DNA from: an uncultured Planctomycetia bacterium
GTDB taxonomy: Bacteria > Omnitrophota > Gorgyraeia > Tantalellales > Tantalellaceae
Direction of reading: 5' to 3'
NCBI GenBank assembly: GCA_964482475.1
Contig: CAYZXR010000003.1
Location: 1-38,695 of the forward strand
Length of the DNA: 38,695 nt
Shown: positions 17,322 to 25,253 of the stretch, in pieces
Position numbering within the stretch: position 1 is the stretch's first letter
Layout of the letters: the number at the start of each line of letters is the position of its first letter
Translations under genes and position numbers: made by a program
Notes under the pieces: model-generated
The model's input: only the letters and a program-made list of their open reading frames with translations
What the model was told of the DNA's origin: nothing
The model's database searches: none

Positions 17322-18534
17322 CCAATTTCCTTAATATAACACTGCTATTTGATCCACCGAATCCGAACGAATTAGACAATACGGTTTTTATTTCTTTCTG
17401 TTCGGCCTTCTCTCCTACTATATTTAAGTTACAGTCCGGGTCAGGTGTTTCATAGTTTAGATTTCCTGGGACAATACTTCTATTAATCGCAATCAAAGAA
17501 AAAATCGCCTCGGCGGCGCCCGCGGCACCCAGCATATGTCCGGTCATGGGTTTTGTGGAGCTTACCGGTATTCTTCTGCCACCTTCACCTAAAGCGGAAA
17601 CAATCGCTGTTGATTCCATAGAATCATTGGCAAGCGTTCCCGTGCCATGCGCGTTAATATAGTCAATGTCTTCCGTTTTTATCCCAGTTGTTTCGGTAGC
17701 TGTTTTTATAGCCTCACTAGCTCCTTTTGCCTCGGGATCTGGACTTGTAAGGTGATACGCGTCTGACGTTTGACCAAATCCTATGATTTCCGCTAAGATA
17801 TGGGCTCCTCTTTCTCGTGCGTGATCCAGCTCTTCCACTACAAGAACACCTGCCCCTTCACCCAAAATTAATCCGCTTCTATTCTTATCAAACGGGCGGC
17901 ATTTTCCCGGTGTTATAAGCTGTAGTGAATTAAACCCGGCGTACGTAAACTCCGACATAACATCATATCCACCCGCAATAGCAAAGTTCTCATAACCGTT
18001 GCGTATCCTTCTGAAAGCAAGCCCCAGAGCGTTTGTCCCTGACGCACAGGCATTATTCAGAATAAGCGCTTCTCCCGCAAAATCAAATTTTTTGGCAATA
18101 TTCACAGCCTGATTACATGCAAGGTAATCTTTAAGAAATAGCGCTCTCTTTTTTTCATTTTGTTTTAATACATAATCCCTGTGAAACATCTGACCCTGTA
18201 ATGTTCCGCCCAATGTAGTTCCCAAATAAACAGGTGTTTTGGAAAACCGCAATTCATCTAAGTTTGCCGAAGCGGAGAAAAGAGCATCTTTACATGCGGT
18301 ATAAACAAGGTGCGTAGCTCTGTCCAGCCCGAGCTTTCCTTCTTCGTCAAGATCCATATCAATAAGGGAGTCTTGCACCACACCCCCATCTCCCGAAGCG
18401 AAGTTGTTTGTAGTAAAAGTTTTTATTTGGGACAATTTACTCTTTCCGTGAAGAAGTGAGTCGTACGTCGCATCAAGCCCTCTTCCCAGACTGGTTAATA
18501 TGCCCGCTCCTGTAATGACTACCCGCTTAATCAT
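17311..18534 (-). CDS. Beta-ketoacyl-ACP synthase (FabF/FabB family)
   Basis: 407 aa. Motifs NNACASGTNA, AHGTGT, GHMLGAAG and GFGGSNS. Start overlaps the upstream stop as ATGATTAA. Confidence 0.9.
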   Translation of the reverse strand: MIKRVVITGAGILTSLGRGLDATYDSLLHGKSKLSQIKTFTTNNFASGDGGVVQDSLIDMDLDEEGKLGLDRATHLVYTACKDALFSASANLDELRFSKTPVYLGTTLGGTLQGQMFHRDYVLKQNEKKRALFLKDYLACNQAVNIAKKFDFAGEALILNNACASGTNALGLAFRRIRNGYENFAIAGGYDVMSEFTYAGFNSLQLITPGKCRPFDKNRSGLILGEGAGVLVVEELDHARERGAHILAEIIGFGQTSDAYHLTSPDPEAKGASEAIKTATETTGIKTEDIDYINAHGTGTLANDSMESTAIVSALGEGGRRIPVSSTKPMTGHMLGAAGAAEAIFSLIAINRSIVPGNLNYETPDPDCNLNIVGEKAEQKEIKTVLSNSFGFGGSNSSVILRKLDEK

Positions 18535-19414
18535 CTTTCTTTTTCCAAAGGTTTGTAAAGTTATACCACTGGTCAGAATACTTCAATATGTACTGTTCAA
18601 AGATCCGGACTAATTTTTCAGTATTTTTCCGAATATCTTCCTCAGTATTATCGGTAAATTCCATTTCGACTATAGAATCAGCTATCGCTGTATACTTGCC
18701 CTGATCGTCCGATACAATAAAGGCGGGTATAATTGCCGCACCCGTGCTTTTGGCAAGTTGTACTGGTCCGATAGGGAAAAATGTTGGTTTTCCAAAAAAA
18801 TCGACTTTTACACCGCGCTGACCTTCATATCTGTCTATAAGCATTGCGACTATTTCGTTTCCCAGAAGAGCGTTTACGATATCAATAAAAAACAAAGAAT
18901 CTTTTTTAATGGTTATAGTTTTTATGTTTCGGGTTTTTCTGCTATTTTCCCGGATTTCAGCGACGCCTTTTATCTCATCCTGCGCGGTAATAACATTAAT
19001 GGGTATTCCCTTGTAACTAAAAAAGAGTCCCCCCAGCTCCCAATTGCCAAGATGTGCTGTTAAAAGGATGATTCCTTTTCCAGCGTTAAGCGCTTTACGA
19101 ATAACTTCTTCTCCTTGAAAAGAACTGAACCAATTCCCCAGCTTATCCATGTCTGCATGATTGAGTTTAGCCCAGTCGGCTATATATTCTCCGTAATTCA
19201 AAAAAATATTTTTTGTTGTCTTTTCTATTTTTTTGGGATCATTGTATATCTGAGCGAGGTTTTGTTTAACATTATCTCGAGCCTCTTTGAATAAATGGTA
19301 CCCCATAAGAGCACCCATTTTCGCCACGCCCCTGATAATACCTATCGGCAAAACTTTGGCAAGCTGAACGGCTGCTTTGTAGATATAATCTTTGTTCAAA
19401 AAATTTCTTTTCAT
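18527..19414 (-). CDS. LpxL/HtrB-type (lysophospholipid / lipid A biosynthesis) acyltransferase
   Basis: 295 aa. LLTAHLGNWELGG (HX4E catalytic box) and the overall layout of the Lip_A_acyltrans family. ATGA overlap. Confidence 0.8.
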   Translation of the reverse strand: MKRNFLNKDYIYKAAVQLAKVLPIGIIRGVAKMGALMGYHLFKEARDNVKQNLAQIYNDPKKIEKTTKNIFLNYGEYIADWAKLNHADMDKLGNWFSSFQGEEVIRKALNAGKGIILLTAHLGNWELGGLFFSYKGIPINVITAQDEIKGVAEIRENSRKTRNIKTITIKKDSLFFIDIVNALLGNEIVAMLIDRYEGQRGVKVDFFGKPTFFPIGPVQLAKSTGAAIIPAFIVSDDQGKYTAIADSIVEMEFTDNTEEDIRKNTEKLVRIFEQYILKYSDQWYNFTNLWKKKDD

Positions 19415-21741
19415 TTTTTTCTATCCATAATCATTAAAAATCCCGGCAAAACGAATAAAGACGCGAATAAACAAGCGCTTATCCCCACAACTGTAATTAT
19501 TCCTAACGAGATCAATCCATTATGTTTTGACAACATCAACGACCCAAATCCGACCATTGTAGTTAAAGATGTCAAGAGAACCGCTCGTCCTGTCTGTCGT
19601 ATCATAATACCTACATCTCTTTCATTATTCTCAAGGTACCGGTGCATCATATGAATACTGTCATCTATTCCCATTCCTAAAATAAGCGGAAACGCGATGA
19701 TGTTCATGTAATTAAACGTGACGTCAAAACTAACCATAAACGCGACGGTTACGCCAATACCGATCAGAAGCGGTACAATTGAAACAAGGACCAGTGAGGG
19801 TCTTCTGTAAATGCCAATTAAAACTGACAATAGTACAATCCCCACTAGTATCATAATATCCCTGACTTCTGTCTTAATCATCTTTTCCAGCGCTCCGAGC
19901 ATGAAACTGACGCCCGTAAGTTTTACTCCATCTGTATCGATAGCTAAAGATTCCCTTAAGGCCGCTATTTCGTCTTCTTCTACAATTCTTTTCTGAGGAT
20001 AGAGATACAAAACTGAATAATAATCTTTGTTCTCAGTCTCGATAAAAAATTTACTAAACAATATTTCCGGAAGAAATCGTTTTAATTCCGCATATGTGAC
20101 CTTTTCAGACGATTCTTCAGAACTCATGAGGAATAGTATGTCATCTTTCTTACCCGTAAGAAAATCGTATTCGTCCTGTTTTGTCTTGTCATTTTTCAGC
20201 TTTTGAAGAAGGATATCTATTCCGATTTCCGCATTTTTCTTCCCGGCTATCCTGCTTACCAATTGCCCTTTCTCTCCGGAAGAAGGAACATACTTAAAGA
20301 TGCTTTCATATCTTGTTATTGTGCCCGCATCCTTTAGATCTCGGATTTTAGGTGTAAGTTTTTCTAGAACCCTAACGTTTTTATCCGGATCTTTGTCTTT
20401 AGAATAAACCACTATCGGTTCATAGCAATTTCCGAACCTATCCAGAAGATCTTTTTGCAGTTTTATTGCCTGGTTTTCTTGAGAACTCATTGAGTCAAGA
20501 CCGTTATTGAATTGTGGCAGGCCGTATGTTGACAGTGCCCACAAACTGTATACAACTACTGCCATACAGCACAACCCAGCAATGCCTTTTCCATGTTTCT
20601 GTATTTTTTTTGCAAGATGATCAAGATTGAACAACCCCGTGCCGGATGTATCATTCTTCTTAACTATTTTTCCCCGCAAAATAAGAAGCGCCGGCAGGAT
20701 GAAGATCATTGTTATTAAACATACAATCACACCCGTTCCGATTAAGAACCCGAATTCTGATGCACCCCTGAAATTTGTAAGGAGCAGTGAATAAAACGCT
20801 AAGGATGTTGTAATGCAGCTAAAAAAGATGCTCTCACCCGTGGTAACGATTGTATTCTGTATGGCTTCAATAACACTCTTACCGTAAGATATCTCGAACG
20901 AATACCGATTATAAATATGGATGCCAAAATCTACCCCTAACCCGGCTAGAATAGCCGCGAAAGCAACAGTCAGCATATTTAAAGATCCTATGACAAAAAA
21001 CGCTATGGCCACCGTCCATATAACCGCCATAACTAGCGGTATGCTTATGAGGAAAATAGCATCTATTCTCTTGAATACCAGAGAAAAAATCAAAAGTATG
21101 GCTATAAAAGAAGCGACGACTGTTATTTTTAAATTTCTCTCCATATTTCTGGCTTCTTCCAGAGCAATAACGTATCCACCGGTATAATTAATGTTTAACT
21201 CTCTGAGTTCTTCGTTTTTATCCTTGGTCTGACGTTCAATATCTCGCACTTCCTTCATTATTTTGCCGGAAAACTCGATGTCCCCGGAAGGTTGCACTGG
21301 AAAAATGAACATCAGAAAAGCGTCTTTATTTGGAGATTGATACTGTATGTATTCCACGTCAAATTTGTCTTCAACACGCCGTGCGTTTTCATTAAAAGAG
21401 AGCTTTGGCAGCTTGTGATCAACCTTTCTAACTATGTCGGACTCTTTTAGTAGAAGCGAAAACTCATCCATAAATTTTCCGACTTGAACATCGCTATATG
21501 CTCCATTTTTTTCAATAACCACTATAAGATTGTTATTAAAATCAAACACTTCTGCGGCTTCATAAAAGTCATTCGCCACTTTGTTGTTTGAGGGAAGGAG
21601 GTGCATGATATTTGTATCTAATTGTATTTTCCATGCACATGTAACAGCAAGCGCGCTAATAAGGACAGCACCTATCAAAATTCCTATCCAGAATTTCGCG
21701 ATGAACTTCGCCACGGATTGTAGTATTCTTTTTTGAAGCAC
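19411..21741 (-). CDS. MMPL / RND-superfamily predicted lipid exporter
   Basis: 776 aa with two blocks of about 5-6 TM helices separated by large soluble loops. GTG start 4 nt after AAGGAGTAG. Confidence 0.85.
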   Translation of the reverse strand: MLQKRILQSVAKFIAKFWIGILIGAVLISALAVTCAWKIQLDTNIMHLLPSNNKVANDFYEAAEVFDFNNNLIVVIEKNGAYSDVQVGKFMDEFSLLLKESDIVRKVDHKLPKLSFNENARRVEDKFDVEYIQYQSPNKDAFLMFIFPVQPSGDIEFSGKIMKEVRDIERQTKDKNEELRELNINYTGGYVIALEEARNMERNLKITVVASFIAILLIFSLVFKRIDAIFLISIPLVMAVIWTVAIAFFVIGSLNMLTVAFAAILAGLGVDFGIHIYNRYSFEISYGKSVIEAIQNTIVTTGESIFFSCITTSLAFYSLLLTNFRGASEFGFLIGTGVIVCLITMIFILPALLILRGKIVKKNDTSGTGLFNLDHLAKKIQKHGKGIAGLCCMAVVVYSLWALSTYGLPQFNNGLDSMSSQENQAIKLQKDLLDRFGNCYEPIVVYSKDKDPDKNVRVLEKLTPKIRDLKDAGTITRYESIFKYVPSSGEKGQLVSRIAGKKNAEIGIDILLQKLKNDKTKQDEYDFLTGKKDDILFLMSSEESSEKVTYAELKRFLPEILFSKFFIETENKDYYSVLYLYPQKRIVEEDEIAALRESLAIDTDGVKLTGVSFMLGALEKMIKTEVRDIMILVGIVLLSVLIGIYRRPSLVLVSIVPLLIGIGVTVAFMVSFDVTFNYMNIIAFPLILGMGIDDSIHMMHRYLENNERDVGIMIRQTGRAVLLTSLTTMVGFGSLMLSKHNGLISLGIITVVGISACLFASLFVLPGFLMIMDRKK

Positions 21742-21742
21742 C

Positions 21743-22801
21743 CTACTCCTTTGCCTTTTTTCTTATCCATTCAACACAATTTGATATAGCCGTCCAGGGC
21801 CAATATAAGATTGTTATTCCGATGATTATCATAGAAAGAGCGTACCATCCAATAAATTTAGGTAAAGAAAACAACACACAGTAAGCTATCGTAAAGCTAA
21901 TAAAGGTTATGATGATTGAGATTACGTGTTCCTTGTGTATTTTAGGCTCTTTTGTCAATATGATGGTTGTTTTTTTGGATGACTGGAGACCCAAAACGTT
22001 CTCAACTGTTGTAAAACTAAAATGCTGAAAAAGTTGTTCCGCTTTAGTTGGCGCGACCTTGCAGTTGAAGTAATGCATAAATTTCCTATTGAGCGGTAGA
22101 TCTATCATAGGTTGTTGTTTGTCAAACTCCCAGGAATGAAGGTAGAGCATTACCGGCATTTTCCTTTTATTAAGGGTTTTAAAAAAGTGGAACACGTTAC
22201 AATACGGAACAACTCTCAGTGGCAGACCGCCCGAGAAAGGTACACGTTCAGCAAACATCCGAAATGTTGACAGTGGAAACTCCCATATCTTTCCATGTTT
22301 TGTTTCTATTTCTCCCGGAAGAACTCCAAATTTTTTTCCACTTAAATGACTAATTGGGTTCGCGCTGCTATCATATTCAAATCCATTTTTCTTTAATATA
22401 TCTAGTGCCCATCTGGTTTCTTCCCTAAGAGACCATTCGGGTGCGCGATATCCTCGCACCTTTTTTCCGGTTATAGCTTCTATAACATTTTTTGATCGTT
22501 TGAGATCCTCTTCAAAAACTTCAGGTGTCATATCAAATATGCGGCGATGAAAGTAACCATGGCTTGCAATTTCATGTCCCCTATCCGATATCTTCCTTAT
22601 AATATCAGGGTCTTTCTCTGCTATATATCCAACAACAAAAAAAGTTGCCGATATTTTATATTTATCCAGCAAAGTAAGAATCTTATCTACGTCTTCTTCC
22701 AAACGCGTAGAATATTTATCCCACTCATTCACCCAATTATCTTTTTCAATACCACAGATGTGATACCAATCTTCTAAATCCACAGAAATAGCGTTAACCA
22801 T
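21743..22801 (-). CDS. NodB-type polysaccharide deacetylase with C-terminal membrane anchor
   Basis: 352 aa. SVDLEDWYH, FFVVGYIAEK and GHEIASHGYFH motifs. The last ~65 aa form two hydrophobic helices. Confidence 0.8.
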   Translation of the reverse strand: MVNAISVDLEDWYHICGIEKDNWVNEWDKYSTRLEEDVDKILTLLDKYKISATFFVVGYIAEKDPDIIRKISDRGHEIASHGYFHRRIFDMTPEVFEEDLKRSKNVIEAITGKKVRGYRAPEWSLREETRWALDILKKNGFEYDSSANPISHLSGKKFGVLPGEIETKHGKIWEFPLSTFRMFAERVPFSGGLPLRVVPYCNVFHFFKTLNKRKMPVMLYLHSWEFDKQQPMIDLPLNRKFMHYFNCKVAPTKAEQLFQHFSFTTVENVLGLQSSKKTTIILTKEPKIHKEHVISIIITFISFTIAYCVLFSLPKFIGWYALSMIIIGITILYWPWTAISNCVEWIRKKAKE

Positions 22802-23960
22802 GGAAGCGTCTCATCTCCTCACTTGTGCAATAGTCTATCAATGACAACATCTTCCCTAAAACAGGAAGAGGGTCTGATAAAGAAAGAATCGCGTAATGCA
22901 TATCCTTCTCATGAAATTTAAAAAACTCCCAATCAATATTATGTTTTCTTATCATGCTGGAGGCAAAGCTCAATAAATCTCCCTGTATTAACCATCTCAG
23001 TTTTATTCCTTCCCTATAATCAAAAGCATCGTCCACGTCTCCTTTAAGAGCTAGCTGATGCAGCATAGCTGGGAAATTTATACCGGATTTAACCGCTAGA
23101 TGCAATGAACCCCATAACCTTGGGTTTATCTCCATAAGTTTAGGTATATTATCTCTCATATCGATCTTAAACTCGATGTTCGCTACCCCATACCATCCTA
23201 TAGATTCCAATATTTTCTCAGCCAGTGCTACCAACTCAGGGTATTTAACAGACACAGTATAAGTACTTACCCCTCCGGTTATTGGATACTGCCTTATTTT
23301 TTTATGCACAAAAGCTCCGCGCATCTTATTGTTTTTATTGAAGATAACCGATACCCCGTAATGTTCATCACCAGGAACGTACTCTTGGAGCAGAAAATCA
23401 CCGTATTTTTCGAATAGTCCTTCCTCAAGATGTTCAAAATCTTCGTTTTTGTGTATGTAGTGTATACCTCTGGCTCCGGTTCCAACGCGCGGTTTCAAAA
23501 CCAGAGGACATTGAAGACCATCTAGATTGTTTTTAATATCACTAAAGGATGACACACACCTCGTTTTAGGCACGGATACCTGTACCTTAGCAGCCTCTCT
23601 GAGTACTTGAAATTTGTCTCTAGCATATAAAATCTTCTCATAATCAGGAATAGCGACCTTGATAAATTGTTCCACTTTATCCTTATTCTTGGCTATTAAC
23701 AGTGTTGTTTCTTCCTCAGGGGTGATCAGTACATCGTATTTGTCCCTTTTGACAGTTTTTTCAAGCCAGGCAAGAAATTCCGCTGATTTTCGCCTAACTG
23801 AGGGGTAAACATACTTCCGACATGCATATCTTGAAAATAATGCCGGAGCAAGCGGCGTCCGCTCACCTGTACCTATTTTTAGGTCTTTATCCGCTAAAGC
23901 CCTAATCACAGCAAGTGTTTTACGCCAATATCCATCTGTTACAAAAACCTTGTTTGACAA
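22794..23960 (-). CDS. ATP-grasp carboxylate-amine ligase family protein
   Basis: 388 aa. PLVLKPRVGTGARGI, LLQEYVPGDE and ANIEFKID..KLMEINPRLWGS motifs. TTG start preceded by AGGTGA. Confidence 0.75.
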   Translation of the reverse strand: MSNKVFVTDGYWRKTLAVIRALADKDLKIGTGERTPLAPALFSRYACRKYVYPSVRRKSAEFLAWLEKTVKRDKYDVLITPEEETTLLIAKNKDKVEQFIKVAIPDYEKILYARDKFQVLREAAKVQVSVPKTRCVSSFSDIKNNLDGLQCPLVLKPRVGTGARGIHYIHKNEDFEHLEEGLFEKYGDFLLQEYVPGDEHYGVSVIFNKNNKMRGAFVHKKIRQYPITGGVSTYTVSVKYPELVALAEKILESIGWYGVANIEFKIDMRDNIPKLMEINPRLWGSLHLAVKSGINFPAMLHQLALKGDVDDAFDYREGIKLRWLIQGDLLSFASSMIRKHNIDWEFFKFHEKDMHYAILSLSDPLPVLGKMLSLIDYCTSEEMRRFHG

Positions 23961-23989
23961 ACTTTCACCTATTCTTATTGTTTGTGCAG

Positions 23990-24172
23990 TTAATGTTGGT
24001 TTGCCTGCTTTGACCGGATATACTTATCCACTTCCTCTTGGGCAATCCTGTACCCACCGCGCCGGCCTTCTTTGTAAGCATGAATCGTCTTATTGCGGAT
24101 GAGTTCTCTCACGTATTCTTCACTCACACGTAAGATATCAGCCACCTCTTTGGTAAGTAATATTTTTTCCAT
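23990..24172 (-). CDS. Excisionase/MerR-type helix-turn-helix DNA-binding protein
   Basis: LLTKEVADILRVSEEYVRELIRNKTIHAYKEGRRGGYRI fits the excisionase-family HTH pattern. I prefer the ATG at 24172 (AAGGTGG upstream) over the ORF start at 24196. Confidence 0.65.
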   Translation of the reverse strand: MEKILLTKEVADILRVSEEYVRELIRNKTIHAYKEGRRGGYRIAQEEVDKYIRSKQANQH

Positions 24173-24241
24173 GTTCCACCTTTCCCATTCTTTCATTGTA
24201 TGCAGTTTAATGCAATCTAATACATACTAATCGCAATGAAC

Positions 24242-24269
24242 ATTGTATTACAAATAGGCAGAAGGTCAA
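24242..24269 (-). promoter_or_regulatory. Candidate sigma70-type promoter for the HTH gene and possibly the cluster
   Basis: The minus strand reads TTGACC, a 16-nt spacer, then TACAAT, about 70 nt upstream of ATG 24172. A CAATGnnCATTG inverted repeat overlaps the -10. The host phylum is unknown, so this is tentative. Confidence 0.3.
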
Positions 24270-24358
24270 GAAAATATGAGGTATTGCAAAGTAGTTTGAG
24301 CTTTGGTTTTAAGGGATTGGATCTGTTTTAGCTGACTTGAAGTGAGATTCTTATCTTG

Positions 24359-24503
24359 TAGGTGCTTGTTTTTTGACGAAAAAAAATTTTCGTGTTGAGT
24401 ATTAACCTGCGCCTGTTTTTTTGATGTTTCTGCATGGATAGACATATTATCAGAAGCTATTACAGGAAAGGTTATTAGTATTGCTAACAGTATCTTTGTT
24501 CTC
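24359..24503. repeat. Right copy of the ~145-bp direct repeat bracketing the cluster
   Basis: Aligns with 1504-1648 in direct orientation. The position of the ATG of the small ORF in copy 1 reads TAG here. Confidence 0.85.
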
Positions 24504-24511
24504 TAGGCTAA

Positions 24512-24600
24512 AAGAAGGTTCCGCAAGCCGAAGGTTCCGCAAGCCGAAGTCGCCGCGAACCGTCCCTATTGTTTTTAATAAAGCATCTGGGATAACTAAT
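24512..24600. repeat. Short tandem and dispersed repeats shared with 26100-26412
   Basis: GAAGGTTCCGCAAGCC occurs twice in tandem and again at about 26375-26390. GCGAACCGTCCCTATTGTTT...CATCTGGG resembles 26124-26173, a partial RAYT terminal repeat. Confidence 0.7.
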
Positions 24601-24637
24601 TTTGGCTATGGCGAGGTCTGACCCCAATTATTGCCTT

Positions 24638-25243
24638 CTAGTCCATTTTAATTTCAGCCATCTCGTTTTCTGTCAGCATAATTAATTCTTCCGATGCACC
24701 TAAATTATTTAACACCCTTTTCCGGTATTCAAGCGCATTATATAAAGCTTTGCCTTTACACCACAACTCAAGAGGGATACGTTTAATTTTGGGATGTTCT
24801 ACTTTTAGTATTTTGTATGTGTAAATGTAAAATGCCCCTTGAGCCAAATAACTCGCGTAAAGGACAACGCTTTTGTCCAACAATTTTTTCCCTACGAGAA
24901 AATAAACACGATTTAATGAAAAGTGAACACGTATACCATTATGTTTCGGAATCAAATAGATAGAAGAAAAATAATTCAGGACATTTTTATATGCTTTAAA
25001 ATCATTGTTTTTCAATAATTCGATTGCTCTTTTTGTTATCTCAATAAAATCTTTGCTTCCCGTAATCAATACATCATCACAATAACCGTGTGACTTAAAA
25101 AGTCCACAGAATGTTATTTTCAAAAAATTTAACTTAGTAACCTTGTACTTAGTTTTTCCAACTTCTTTCATTGTTAATCCCACACTCCCTTCCCTACAAT
25201 TTCTCATCGACAAAGTTATGAAGGGGCTACCCCATAACTTCAT
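24638..25243 (-). CDS. Hypothetical protein (no recognisable motifs)
   Basis: 201-aa ORF. No clear RBS at 25243, and alternative ATGs exist at 25207 and 25171. It abuts the left terminal repeat of the RAYT element. Confidence 0.45.
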   Translation of the reverse strand: MKLWGSPFITLSMRNCREGSVGLTMKEVGKTKYKVTKLNFLKITFCGLFKSHGYCDDVLITGSKDFIEITKRAIELLKNNDFKAYKNVLNYFSSIYLIPKHNGIRVHFSLNRVYFLVGKKLLDKSVVLYASYLAQGAFYIYTYKILKVEHPKIKRIPLELWCKGKALYNALEYRKRVLNNLGASEELIMLTENEMAEIKMD

Positions 25244-25253
25244 TGTACCAGTA

